Of a DNA stretch of 64,000 nt, positions 17,241 through 26,198 are shown piece after piece. Source of the stretch: an archaeon (GTDB lineage Archaea; Nanobdellota; Nanobdellia; Pacearchaeales; GW2011-AR1); contig JBDRCQ010000015.1 in the NCBI GenBank assembly GCA_043821585.1, positions 135,341-199,340 on the forward strand, in the 5' to 3' direction. A program made the translations under genes and the position numbers. The first letter of the stretch is position 1; every line of letters starts with the position of its first letter. The notes below the pieces were generated by a model. The model made no database searches, was not told where the DNA came from, and worked only from the letters and a program-made list of their open reading frames with translations.

Positions 17241-17574
17241 TTTATTTGACGGACGAGTCGGTGTTGTTTTTGCGATTTTAGCGGTAGCCTTATTTTTTGG
17301 GGCGTTTCATTTTGGGATTTTTGTTAGGAACATTATCTGGGTTGTTTTCTTTCTTGCTTTTGGTGTGATCTATTTTTGGAATTTTAAAAGAACAGGAGTT
17401 TCAAAGTACCTTGTTTCCTCGATAATATTTTGGTTGGCGGCTGCGTTTGGGTTGTTTAATGTTTTTGTCGAAGCTGTTCCTTGGAGGACGATATGGTTGG
17501 TCACTATAATTCTTTATGTTTTGAGTGGGCCGATTGCGGCATTGTTTAAGAGTTTTGGTTCTAAAGGGGTTTAG
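17233..17574 (+). CDS. 4-TM membrane protein translationally coupled to the SMC-like gene
   Basis: ATGGGTGA start/stop overlap. Four hydrophobic segments. Confidence 0.55.
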   Translation: MGDLFDGRVGVVFAILAVALFFGAFHFGIFVRNIIWVVFFLAFGVIYFWNFKRTGVSKYLVSSIIFWLAAAFGLFNVFVEAVPWRTIWLVTIILYVLSGPIAALFKSFGSKGV

Positions 17575-17608
17575 AAAACCTTAAAAATCAATTAACCGTG
17601 TCTTATGC

Positions 17609-18028
17609 ATGAAAAAGAAGGTTTCTAAGAAGAAATCAGTTAAGAAAAGAGTGATTAAGACTGAGAACGTCTGTGATAGAGTTTGTGAGAATAGGGTTTT
17701 ATGTTGGATACCTCGAACTTTGGGGATTTTGTTTGTGGTGTTTATTAGCTTGTTTGCTTTGGACTCTTTTGGGGGTGGCGGGAGTTTTGGTGAGCAACTG
17801 CTTGGGTTTATCATTCACCTTGTCCCTTCGCTTGTTCTTGTGATCTTTTTGGTGATCGCTTGGAAACATGAAAAGGTCGGTGGGTGGTTGTACATTCTCC
17901 TCGGCGTGGCATTTACAGTGTTCTTTGATACGTATGAGGAGTTGATAACTTTCTTGCTGATTTCTGGGCCCGTCTTCTTGACAGGGATTTTGTTTTTGAT
18001 TAGTGCGATGAGAAACTCTGCAAGATAA
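17609..18028 (+). CDS. membrane protein with a Lys-rich N-terminus
   Basis: MKKKVSKKKSVKKR followed by 4 predicted TM segments. Confidence 0.55.
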   Translation: MKKKVSKKKSVKKRVIKTENVCDRVCENRVLCWIPRTLGILFVVFISLFALDSFGGGGSFGEQLLGFIIHLVPSLVLVIFLVIAWKHEKVGGWLYILLGVAFTVFFDTYEELITFLLISGPVFLTGILFLISAMRNSAR

Positions 18029-18082
18029 GGGTTGTTTTCTAGAAGATTCTTTTGTTTGATGTTGTTTGTAAAGTTGAATAGT

Positions 18083-18547
18083 CTACTTAGAAGTTTCAAT
18101 GTCTGTGACCTTTACTTTGAATATTAATGTTTTGCCTGCAAGAGGGTGGTTCAGGTCAATGGTTATTTCCTTGGCATCTACTGCTGTGATCTTAGCAGGA
18201 ATTTGGTGGCCAGATTGCGACCGTAGCATCAAAATGAGTCCAGGTTTTGGTTCTTGACCCTTGGGCAGTTTGTCCTTAGGAAGCTTTTGTATTAGTTTAG
18301 AATTGTGTTCACCATAAGCTTCCTCGGGTTTGATTTTAACCTCTTTTTCTTCTCCCTTTTTCATTCCTAAAACTGCTTCGTCAAACCCCTTAACGACTTC
18401 TTGGTTTCCTGCTGTGAAAGTTAAGGGGTGAGAATGATCTCCATGACTCGTAGAATCAAAAACCTCGCCAGATTCAAACTTCCCTTCGTATTCGACCGTA
18501 ACCTTGTCGCCTTTTTTAACAGGCATAAAAACACGAATATCCTGCAT
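18083..18547 (-). CDS. FKBP-type peptidyl-prolyl cis-trans isomerase (SlyD-like)
   Basis: VKKGDKVTVEYEGKFESGEVFDST, GNQEVVKGFDEAVLGMKKGE, and an insert-in-flap region followed by HPLAGKTLIFKVKV. Confidence 0.85.
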   Translation of the reverse strand: MQDIRVFMPVKKGDKVTVEYEGKFESGEVFDSTSHGDHSHPLTFTAGNQEVVKGFDEAVLGMKKGEEKEVKIKPEEAYGEHNSKLIQKLPKDKLPKGQEPKPGLILMLRSQSGHQIPAKITAVDAKEITIDLNHPLAGKTLIFKVKVTDIETSK

Positions 18548-18621
18548 TATTTAATGGTTTTGGTTAACGTGTGATCGAATAGTAAGCTTTAAAATCAGTA
18601 AAGTGTTGCGATAGTTCTAAA

Positions 18622-19266
18622 ATGAGACCTGCAATAACCGTTGCGATTGTCTTGGTAGTTCTTTCCTTTTTGATGGGAATTTATTTTTATCCGCAGATGC
18701 CTCCCGAGTTGGATACGCATTGGGGCGCGGATGGAGAGGCGAATGGGCAGGGTTCTAAGTTTACTGCTTTGTTTGCAATTCCAATCGTTTCGGTGATCTT
18801 GCTTGTGCTCTTTTTGGTTATCCCAAAGATAGATCCGAAGAAGGAAAATATCAAGAAATTTAAGGGGTCTTACGAGGCATTGGTTTTTGTTATCGTTGCT
18901 TTTATGTTTTATCTTTACATCTTGTATTTGCTTTGGAACCTGGGGGCCGATTTTAACTTCACACTTTTATTGCTGCCTGCGTTTACCTTGTTGTTTTTGT
19001 TTATGGGTTTTGTTTTGGAGAAAGCTGAGCCAAATTGGTTTGTTGGAATTAGAACGCCTTGGACTTTGAGCAGTGAGAATGTTTGGCATAAGACTCATAA
19101 ACTTGGGGCTAAATTGTTTAAGATCGCTGCATTGATTACATTGTTTGGTTTTGTTTTCCAAGGACTTGCGATTTGGTTTGTTGTTGTGCCAGTTATCGCT
19201 TTTGCGTTGTATCTTGTTGTTTATTCTTATGTGGAGTACCGGAAGGAAAAGCCAAAGAAGGGTTAA
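18622..19266 (+). CDS. DUF1648/SdpI-family membrane protein
   Basis: THWGADGEANG near the N-terminus and NWFVGIRTPWTLSSENVWHKTH, characteristic of SdpI-like proteins. Confidence 0.7.
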   Translation: MRPAITVAIVLVVLSFLMGIYFYPQMPPELDTHWGADGEANGQGSKFTALFAIPIVSVILLVLFLVIPKIDPKKENIKKFKGSYEALVFVIVAFMFYLYILYLLWNLGADFNFTLLLLPAFTLLFLFMGFVLEKAEPNWFVGIRTPWTLSSENVWHKTHKLGAKLFKIAALITLFGFVFQGLAIWFVVVPVIAFALYLVVYSYVEYRKEKPKKG

Positions 19267-19349
19267 GCCGGGTAAGTGGGCCGATAGTGGAGGTCCTGTA
19301 TGAATGGAAAAGTATATAATGTTTTTAGGGCATTCATTAGTGTAATAAA

Positions 19350-19859
19350 ATGGTAACAGAAGTTTCACCCCGAGGGCCAAAGGTTTTGAGCGCGGAGGAG
19401 AAAGAGGCATTATACCTGGAGGTAATTGGTGAAGTAAAGGGCAGGTTTGAAGGTCTAGAAAAAGGGATCATTGTGCCACGAATGGCCACAGTTGTGGCTG
19501 CCTTGATGCAAAAGATGCCACATTATTTTTGGTGCGGTTTTTATTTTGCGGAGGAGAAAGAGATGATTGTTGGGCCATACCAGGGAACTTGTGCGTGTCC
19601 AAATATATCTTACAACGGGGTTTGTGGAACTGCTGCAAAAAGCGAGGGCACATTAATTGTTCCAAATGTCCATGAGTTTAAAGGACATATTGCTTGTGAC
19701 GCTCGTTCTAATTCGGAGATTGTAGTGCCCGTTAAAGATAAAAGGGGGATGGTAATTGGCGTGTTAGATATTGATTCTACGCATTTGAATGCCTTTGATG
19801 AGATTGATAAGAAGTATCTAGAAGAGTTGATGCCTTTGTTGTTAGAAGGCGAAGATTGA
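19350..19859 (+). CDS. GAF-domain free methionine-(R)-sulfoxide reductase-like protein
   Basis: WCGFYFAEEKEMIVGPYQGTCACPNISYNGVCGTAA...HIACDARSNSEIVVPV matches the YebR/fRMsr pattern, including the Cys triad. Confidence 0.75.
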   Translation: MVTEVSPRGPKVLSAEEKEALYLEVIGEVKGRFEGLEKGIIVPRMATVVAALMQKMPHYFWCGFYFAEEKEMIVGPYQGTCACPNISYNGVCGTAAKSEGTLIVPNVHEFKGHIACDARSNSEIVVPVKDKRGMVIGVLDIDSTHLNAFDEIDKKYLEELMPLLLEGED

Positions 19860-19926
19860 GTTAAAAGAACTATCCTTGTCCCGTTTTTTGATAAATTTAT
19901 AAATACAAAAAAGATCTCACTTGTTT

Positions 19927-20385
19927 ATGGAATATCGATTAGATAAAAAGGAGGAGTTTAAGGTCGTTGGAATTTCTGCGAGCACTAGCGTTAAAAAATC
20001 TCGAGAAGAGATTCCGCTGATTTGGAGAGAGTTCTTGAGTAGATGTAAAGAGATAAAGAAATGTGTTGGGGATATGAAAAACTATGGCATTGCCATTGAA
20101 ACTGATAAGACTCTTGGCAAGTTCAAGTACGTTGCGTGTTGCGAGGTTAACGAATTTGAAGATGTTCCGGGTGGAATGATCATGGAAATTGTTTCTGAGT
20201 CTAAGTATGTAGTGTTTAAACATCTAGGTAAACTAGAAGGCCTTGGTAAGACTTATGAAGATGTCATGAATTTCGTTAAAAATGAGAAGATGAAAAAGAA
20301 GGGCTATTGGTTCGAGTTTTATGATCATAGATATCTTGGGGATAAGCCAGAGTCTGAGTTTGAAATTTGGATTGCTATTGAGTGA
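19927..20385 (+). CDS. GyrI-like small-molecule-binding domain protein
   Basis: MEYRLDKKEEFKVVGISASTS start, then YGIAIE, FEIWIAIE. Size and strand pattern fit AraC-effector/GyrI-like domains. Confidence 0.65.
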   Translation: MEYRLDKKEEFKVVGISASTSVKKSREEIPLIWREFLSRCKEIKKCVGDMKNYGIAIETDKTLGKFKYVACCEVNEFEDVPGGMIMEIVSESKYVVFKHLGKLEGLGKTYEDVMNFVKNEKMKKKGYWFEFYDHRYLGDKPESEFEIWIAIE

Positions 20386-23229
20386 TCATCTGGCCATAAT
20401 GCCCCTCACCGTTGCTTCGGAATCTTTTATTTGCTTGCTCTTGCGGTTCACGGCTACTGCGATTATCACTCCTGCAACTACAAGCACTGCTAAGATCAGT
20501 CCGGTTGTGAAATATTTTGCACCTTCGAACATTTTTTCAATACTCCCTGCCAGGTTTTCTTCTGCGTCATCGGTGCTCGTGGAGAGGTCGTCCAAATCCT
20601 CTGGAGGGGCGGGAAAGTCATCTTCAGAATCGTTTTGAGAATTATTATTGTCATTTGGGGGATTGTCTCCGTTGTCCCCATTGTTTCCATCGTCTGAAGG
20701 AGGATTTGAGATTTGGCAGCCACCTTGGCCGCAGGCAATTTGGTCTAAAAGGAGTTCTATCTGGTTAGCTATTTGTCCCCTGACTTCTACAACAAGAGAA
20801 GGACTATTTGTCCAAGAGGTTGGTGTTGTTGCGACTTCATCTAATCTCCTCAATGCAGATTCTGCGCTTTCTGTGTTGATGCTCAAGGATTTTGCTTCTG
20901 CGATTGATTTTTCTAGAATCTCAAAGTATTCGTAATCTTGGATTCCTTCTCTGTAAAGTTTTACCCTGATCGATGGGACAATTTCGTAGGTTGGTTCGGT
21001 GCAAACATCTCTGCAGGGAGGATAATAAAAGTTGATTTGTCCGTTTCCGTATGCTGACCGAGGATTGTTCCAGGGATTGTCCATGCCCTGACCCAGCTCA
21101 TTGTCGGAACAATGAGTGTCATAAATTAACGCTGCCCAATTTAAGATGCCTGTGACATTGTAGCGCCAGGCCGCCCAGTAGTTTAGGGTGTTGCCGAGAG
21201 CTGGAGAATCTATGTCAAAGACCTTTGACCTTGTGTAATACCACCAGATTTCATCTCCCTGATTTATCAGTTTTGCGCCAATTTCCGGAGTGTAAATCGG
21301 CGGCATTCTCACTTCGTTGTTTTGGGCAATCCAGAGATTAACAGAATTATTTAAGATTTCCCACCCTGCGAGATCGTTTAGTGCCGGGCCCATTTTTAGT
21401 GTTGGAGCAGTTACGTTTTTTGTTATTATTTTGGCGACGTCTCTTGTGTAGTTAAGGTAAATTCCATGAGGTTCGTCAACCATTATGTAAGATTTGTCTA
21501 GCCAACCTTTTTCTTCCATGTGGCGGGTGATGTTCCCATAGTATGAAGTTGCTAATTCACAGTATTCTTCATCATCTGTGGAGTGACCGCATAAAGAAAG
21601 CCCTCCATAATGTTTTACCATTACTGAATTCATTGAGAGATTGTTGATGTATTTTTCAAGAATCGCATCCATGTCTGTGAAGTTGAATTTGCCTGTGGCG
21701 CAGTCGTATTTGAAGTCTCTGAACTCGTGGGGTGAATATGGGACAATTTTGTTTTCCGCGTAATTTTCGTAGTATGCGTCGACTACTGCCAGCTCGTTTG
21801 GAGTGATATATCCTGTTTCGTCTGGCAACCCATGAAATTCAAGTACTGATGTTGCCTCACAGTCTGGGAGGTCCTCATATTGAGATCTAAAGTGCCCTGA
21901 GTCGAATGCGGTTGCAAGAGTTAGCGTGTCTGGAAGGGTGAAGTCGTAAACGTGCACGTTTATAGAAACTGATTCCTCACCAATTTCCACGACTACGGCG
22001 TGGTCTCCAGGAGAAGTGCTTTTGTTTGTGATTATTTCTACTAGGATTACTGATGTCTGTTTTTCGGTTAGATCGATTGACGTTTTCTTTAGCAATGGGT
22101 CAAACATCTCTCCTGTGAAATAAGGCAGATGGTCCGAGGAGACTATGATTGGCACGATTTCTTCTGAGTAAATTTGGGTTTTTATTTCTGCATCGGAGGA
22201 TGATGAAATTTCTAAAGTGTTATCCGATGAGGGCACTATTGCTAGCTGGACAAACCTTGCCTCGTTTTGTGCGAGGTTTATGTTTATTTCATTTATCTGG
22301 TTTTCTGGGACTGAATAGGAAGGCAGGATTTTTTGCGTTGAATCGGCGTACCAAACTGAGAGCTCTTGATTTTCTATCAGTTTTCCTGCGAGCGAAGAAT
22401 CAAAGCAGTCTTCTGGACATAAGAAAGAGGTTTCTATATCGCTACAGAAACTATCTCCGCAGCCAAATGTACCGAAGATCGCTTCTATTTCCTCGCCTGA
22501 TAGGGATTTGTTAAATATAACCAACTCATCTAAGGATCCGTTGAGATAACTGTAAGGATCTGAGCCTGGATGTGCCATTCCTAAGAATAAACTGCCAGAC
22601 CTAGATTCTACGCCTCCTGGGGGGCAGTCATCTTCCCTAGCGAGCAGACCGTTTATGTATTGCTTACATGTTGCACCGTTGTATGTAAATACATAACTAA
22701 CGTACTGTTCTGGTACAATTGAAACTGATTCTGGGCCCGGAACATAATCTTGAGTTTTGTTTCGGAGAAATGCTCGAACTTCTGCAGAGTTACCATAGGT
22801 TCTGAAGGAGTAAGGGCCCCAAACATTATTCTTAAAAAGGTATGCTTGAGGACCTATTTTGACAAAACGTTTTATATGGAATGCCACGGTCAGTTCATCC
22901 ATTCCAGATAGATCATTGTTTGGATCCTGAATTTCTATGTAGTTGTCAATACCGTCAAAGTATGCGCCATCCCCATACGCTCCCTCTGCAAAAGTCGCAC
23001 CAAAGATTTTTCCATCGTTCCCTTTAGTGGAAAGGTCGAAAACATGGGTTGAGTTTCTTGCATTTGAGTCAAAGGACCAATAGCCTATGACGTGAGGGTT
23101 ATCGGATAAGCCTGTTAGATCGTTGGGTCCTTTTTGGATTTCCCTTGGGGGCTGGAGAGATATTACTGCAATTAATGAAAATAACAAAATTATTGCTATT
23201 ATCGCTTGTGCTTTATTCTCTCTTTTCAT
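20386..23229 (-). CDS. large surface protein: LamG/concanavalin-like lectin domain plus a glycoside-hydrolase-like (DUF4091-type) region, with a C-terminal TM anchor
   Basis: GYWSFDSN...GNDGKIFGATFAEGAYGDGAYFDGIDNYIEI and LDELVIFNKSLSGEEIEAIF (LamG_3 pattern). An Asn/Asp/Pro-rich stalk, then TM GLILAVLVVAGVIIAVAV. The hydrolase-like call is low confidence. Confidence 0.7.
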   Translation of the reverse strand: MKRENKAQAIIAIILLFSLIAVISLQPPREIQKGPNDLTGLSDNPHVIGYWSFDSNARNSTHVFDLSTKGNDGKIFGATFAEGAYGDGAYFDGIDNYIEIQDPNNDLSGMDELTVAFHIKRFVKIGPQAYLFKNNVWGPYSFRTYGNSAEVRAFLRNKTQDYVPGPESVSIVPEQYVSYVFTYNGATCKQYINGLLAREDDCPPGGVESRSGSLFLGMAHPGSDPYSYLNGSLDELVIFNKSLSGEEIEAIFGTFGCGDSFCSDIETSFLCPEDCFDSSLAGKLIENQELSVWYADSTQKILPSYSVPENQINEININLAQNEARFVQLAIVPSSDNTLEISSSSDAEIKTQIYSEEIVPIIVSSDHLPYFTGEMFDPLLKKTSIDLTEKQTSVILVEIITNKSTSPGDHAVVVEIGEESVSINVHVYDFTLPDTLTLATAFDSGHFRSQYEDLPDCEATSVLEFHGLPDETGYITPNELAVVDAYYENYAENKIVPYSPHEFRDFKYDCATGKFNFTDMDAILEKYINNLSMNSVMVKHYGGLSLCGHSTDDEEYCELATSYYGNITRHMEEKGWLDKSYIMVDEPHGIYLNYTRDVAKIITKNVTAPTLKMGPALNDLAGWEILNNSVNLWIAQNNEVRMPPIYTPEIGAKLINQGDEIWWYYTRSKVFDIDSPALGNTLNYWAAWRYNVTGILNWAALIYDTHCSDNELGQGMDNPWNNPRSAYGNGQINFYYPPCRDVCTEPTYEIVPSIRVKLYREGIQDYEYFEILEKSIAEAKSLSINTESAESALRRLDEVATTPTSWTNSPSLVVEVRGQIANQIELLLDQIACGQGGCQISNPPSDDGNNGDNGDNPPNDNNNSQNDSEDDFPAPPEDLDDLSTSTDDAEENLAGSIEKMFEGAKYFTTGLILAVLVVAGVIIAVAVNRKSKQIKDSEATVRGIMAR

Positions 23230-23657
23230 TTTAGGCAGCCTTCTAGTCTTTTTATCGCGTCTTCGTATTTGGATTTCATTGATGGTCTGATGTAGCCTAT
23301 CAGCAAATCCATGTCGAACGTGGCTGTGGCGCCATTCTTTAGGGCCTCTTCTTGAGCTTCTGGGAAACGGGTCAGCATAAAAATGGGGACGTCAGGGCGG
23401 CTTGACTTTACGTATTTAACCAAATCCAAACATGGTTTATTGTCACCCTTGCAGACCCTTGAGACCAGAATGAGGTCGCAGGATCTCTGTTTTAGGAAAT
23501 CTGTTGCCTCGCTGATTTTTGTTAATTCTGTCGTTTTAACTGGAAACTTTGATTCTAAGAATTTTTTTAGGGCAACTGCATCGGCATAGCACGGACCCAC
23601 AATTAGCAATTTTTTCATGGTCTTTTTAAGAAATCCTGCTTTATCAAATTTCCGCAA
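23226..23657 (-). CDS. CheY-like receiver-fold protein, probably a pseudo-receiver
   Basis: KKLLIVGPCY... CDLILVSRV ... PIFMLTRF follows receiver beta1/beta3/beta4 spacing. It lacks the N-terminal acidic pair, and the expected phospho-Asp position reads Ser. Confidence 0.5.
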   Translation of the reverse strand: MRKFDKAGFLKKTMKKLLIVGPCYADAVALKKFLESKFPVKTTELTKISEATDFLKQRSCDLILVSRVCKGDNKPCLDLVKYVKSSRPDVPIFMLTRFPEAQEEALKNGATATFDMDLLIGYIRPSMKSKYEDAIKRLEGCLK

Positions 23658-24141
23658 AGATAACTACGTAGTTTTTTCCATAGTGTTTTGCGCACTTAGG
23701 GCAGGTCGTGTAAAAGAAGTAGTAATTTTTTGGAGCCTTACCTTTTGACTTGACATATTCTTCCATTTCCTTAATCCAACTTTTGATGTTTTTGTAAGGG
23801 CCCTCGAAAACCTTCGTCATGAATGTTCCGGAGAGGAATACGTTTTCTGCTTCGTTGACGTGTTTTGTTACCTCAAAATACACGTCTGATCCCCACATAG
23901 ATTTTTCGTCTGAAACCCAAATAGGGTCTTTTGGAAAGGCTTTTGCGACGTCTATTTTTTTCATCGTCCTTTTTACCACAGATCCAAAATTTATTGGTAT
24001 ATGAAAGAGGGATGTGATGTGGTCCTTCACAAAGCGTTTCTTTTTCCAAGTAATTGTCTTGCCCTCAAATTTTTTTGGATCTAATTTTTTACAGCAACCT
24101 GTTTCTGCCTCTTTTCTGTAATCCTCGCTTGTTCCTACCAT
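23644..24141 (-). CDS. hypothetical Cys-containing protein (possible GyrI-like fold)
   Basis: N-terminal CC pair and C-terminal CPKC. FEGPYKNIKSWIKEMEEYVKSKG resembles the end of a GyrI-like domain. Overlaps the next gene by 14 nt. Confidence 0.5.
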   Translation of the reverse strand: MVGTSEDYRKEAETGCCKKLDPKKFEGKTITWKKKRFVKDHITSLFHIPINFGSVVKRTMKKIDVAKAFPKDPIWVSDEKSMWGSDVYFEVTKHVNEAENVFLSGTFMTKVFEGPYKNIKSWIKEMEEYVKSKGKAPKNYYFFYTTCPKCAKHYGKNYVVIFAEI

Positions 24142-24185
24142 GGTTAAATTAGGAATTTTGGATATTTAATATTTTCTACAGCAGG

Positions 24186-24327
24186 GGCTCTGTTGAAAAA
24201 GTCAAAACTGCGGGGCTTACTAATCCTTTGGGGCGGGGAGGAATTGGGCGGTCAGGGCGGGATTCCCGCTAAAGCGGGACGTATGTGGGAATCGTAAGCC
24301 CGTCAAAAAAAGGTTTTCAACAGAGCG
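24186..24327. mobile_element. MITE-like 142-bp element with 13-bp perfect terminal inverted repeats and a 9-bp direct-repeat flank
   Basis: TIRs GCTCTGTTGAAAA (24187-24199) and TTTTCAACAGAGC (24314-24326). Identical TACAGCAGG at 24177-24185 and 24328-24336. G-rich interior with nested helices (GGGCTTAC/GTAAGCCC, GATTCCC/GGGAATC, CCCGC/GCGGG). Confidence 0.5.
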
Positions 24328-24365
24328 TACAGCAGGTTTTTAAGTTCTTTTTTCTTTTTTTATTG

Positions 24366-24698
24366 ATGGAGAAGAGGGAAGTTGTTATTGTGATTATAGT
24401 ATTCTTGGTTTTTGGTGGGCTGGCGTTGTGGCTTCTTGGCGGCGGGTGGGACTACATGTTCATTGAGATAGTTTATGTAGATGCAAATTATGAAGAGTTG
24501 GTTATAGATCGGCCAGCGAATACGATTCACTTGACAATATCTGGAAATGGAAATGATGTTACTGTGACTGGGGGGACTCTACTGAAAGAGTTGAATATTT
24601 ATGGGAACGAGAATACTGTTAGATTGTGCGACGGGGTCCATGACCCTTTGGTTGACAATGGTGGTGAGGAAAACGAAATTATTTTTTCGGTTTGTTAG
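24366..24698 (+). CDS. membrane-anchored protein with a beta-helix-like repeat
   Basis: MEKREVVIVIIVFLVFGGLALWLLG anchor, then a TISGNGNDVTVTGG...IYGNENTVRL repeat. The ORF-track GTG start at 24285 lies inside the MITE-like element and was rejected. Confidence 0.5.
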   Translation: MEKREVVIVIIVFLVFGGLALWLLGGGWDYMFIEIVYVDANYEELVIDRPANTIHLTISGNGNDVTVTGGTLLKELNIYGNENTVRLCDGVHDPLVDNGGEENEIIFSVC

Positions 24699-25158
24699 CG
24701 GGTTTTTTCTTTTCTTCCGATTTTATTTGTTGCTTCTCGCGGTATCTGTGGGAGAACACTTTATAATATCCGGCGATCGCTGCGATTATGAAAACTGAAA
24801 TGGAGATCACTGCTTTTATTGTGGCCATTCCCCAGGGTAGTTCTGTTCCGGAGATTTGCTCTACTAGAGGAATCAGCTCAAAGAGGAGGCTGACAAGGTA
24901 GACATACGCGAATGCGTTGACTATTGGATAGGGCAGGTCGTAAGGAAATGGTAGAACTCTGAAGAAGTCTGCCACTAAGAATAGTATGGAAAGGATTATC
25001 ACTATCCAAATTGCGCCGTTGAAAGTGTTAACGAAAAAATGGTAGAAGGGATGGGAGATCCAGATTTTTAGAAAATTGGTTATGCCGAGAATTGCGAAGA
25101 AGATTGCGAGGCCGATCACGCCTCTGACCAGGACCCTGAGGGGCGGGGATAATTTCAT
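24679..25158 (-). CDS. multi-pass membrane protein
   Basis: Five hydrophobic segments and a Lys-rich C-terminus. Confidence 0.55.
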   Translation of the reverse strand: MKLSPPLRVLVRGVIGLAIFFAILGITNFLKIWISHPFYHFFVNTFNGAIWIVIILSILFLVADFFRVLPFPYDLPYPIVNAFAYVYLVSLLFELIPLVEQISGTELPWGMATIKAVISISVFIIAAIAGYYKVFSHRYREKQQIKSEEKKKPANKPKK

Positions 25159-25235
25159 TTTATTGTGAAGAATTTGTTGTTTTAAGAGGTTTCTGTTTTC
25201 GAAAGGTCTAAAAATGGGAAAATTGAGTGTTTTTC

Positions 25236-25466
25236 ATGAGAGACAGAGAATATGAGATATTGGTTGAACTTGGACCAGACCCTGACGTAGCAAGATTTAT
25301 GGAAAATGTGATTGCGGAGGGTGACACAATTATTCCAGCAGGCGAGGGAAGAACGCTGAGAGGAGGGCAGATTCTAGACCATTTACGGCTTCGTACGTGT
25401 CCTGGATTTAATGCCTACAAATTTATGCGAAAATTGTATGAAACGGTAAAAGGAAATAGGCGTTAG
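25236..25466 (+). CDS. hypothetical protein
   Basis: ORF from the first ATG. No motif. Confidence 0.4.
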   Translation: MRDREYEILVELGPDPDVARFMENVIAEGDTIIPAGEGRTLRGGQILDHLRLRTCPGFNAYKFMRKLYETVKGNRR

Positions 25467-26152
25467 AAATCGCCTAACGTTGCCTGACCTTTAGCTGCTT
25501 CCGGAAACATCTTTTTCCAAGTGGACCAGGTTTTTCTGAATATGCCTTCGTCCTTGAATTCTTTTCCGTGATTTTTTAAGAATTCTTTTGTGCCTGGGTC
25601 TGATGGATAACCTGAGCCTATGTTGCCGTATTTCTTTTTTATTTTTGCGACCTCTTCTTCTCTTGTTACTTTTGCGAGGATTGATGCTGCTCCAACCGCG
25701 ATGTGATTTACATCAGCCTTATGTTCGCAGATGACTTGTAGATTGTCCTTGTGCTTTATGAAACCTAAAAGAGTATTGCACCAGGCTGTTGTGTTTATCG
25801 ATGGGCAGTCTACTATGACTTTTATCTTTTCCTTTTGGTATTTTTGGATGTTAATTGTGTTTATTATGAGGGCTGCTTTTTGAGCTTCTAGCGTGTTGAG
25901 GTTTGTGCCTTCGGATTCGAGGGTGCGGTCTATTTCTATTGGGAAGGTTTTGGTGATGTGGTGGGAGTAGGAATTTTCTTTAATGAACGAAGAAAGCTTG
26001 ACTCTTTCCGGGTGGAGAATGTCTTTTGAATCGCGGATGTTTTTTGATTTTAGTTTTCTTTCTTGGTCTTTGTCGATGAGAACGCCTGCGAGAATCATTG
26101 GGCCGATTAGAGGGCCGCGACCGGCGTCATCTATTCCTAAAATTAGTGTCAT
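25463..26152 (-). CDS. rnhB: ribonuclease HII
   Basis: ILGIDDAGRGPLIGPMILAGV, DSK, ASILAKV and GSGYPSD blocks. Confidence 0.9.
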   Translation of the reverse strand: MTLILGIDDAGRGPLIGPMILAGVLIDKDQERKLKSKNIRDSKDILHPERVKLSSFIKENSYSHHITKTFPIEIDRTLESEGTNLNTLEAQKAALIINTINIQKYQKEKIKVIVDCPSINTTAWCNTLLGFIKHKDNLQVICEHKADVNHIAVGAASILAKVTREEEVAKIKKKYGNIGSGYPSDPGTKEFLKNHGKEFKDEGIFRKTWSTWKKMFPEAAKGQATLGDF

Positions 26153-26198
26153 TTGGAGGAAAAGCGAGAAGGGTTATTAAGGTTTTTTATTTGGAGAC

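Noticed and set aside
24186-24327. Interpreting the G-rich structured segment as SRP RNA, RNase P RNA, a tRNA or a riboswitch.
   Set aside because: It is too short, and I could not find the conserved SRP, RNase P or tRNA motifs. The flanking 9-bp direct repeat plus terminal inverted repeats fit a mobile element better. The ncRNA alternative is kept open in the finding.
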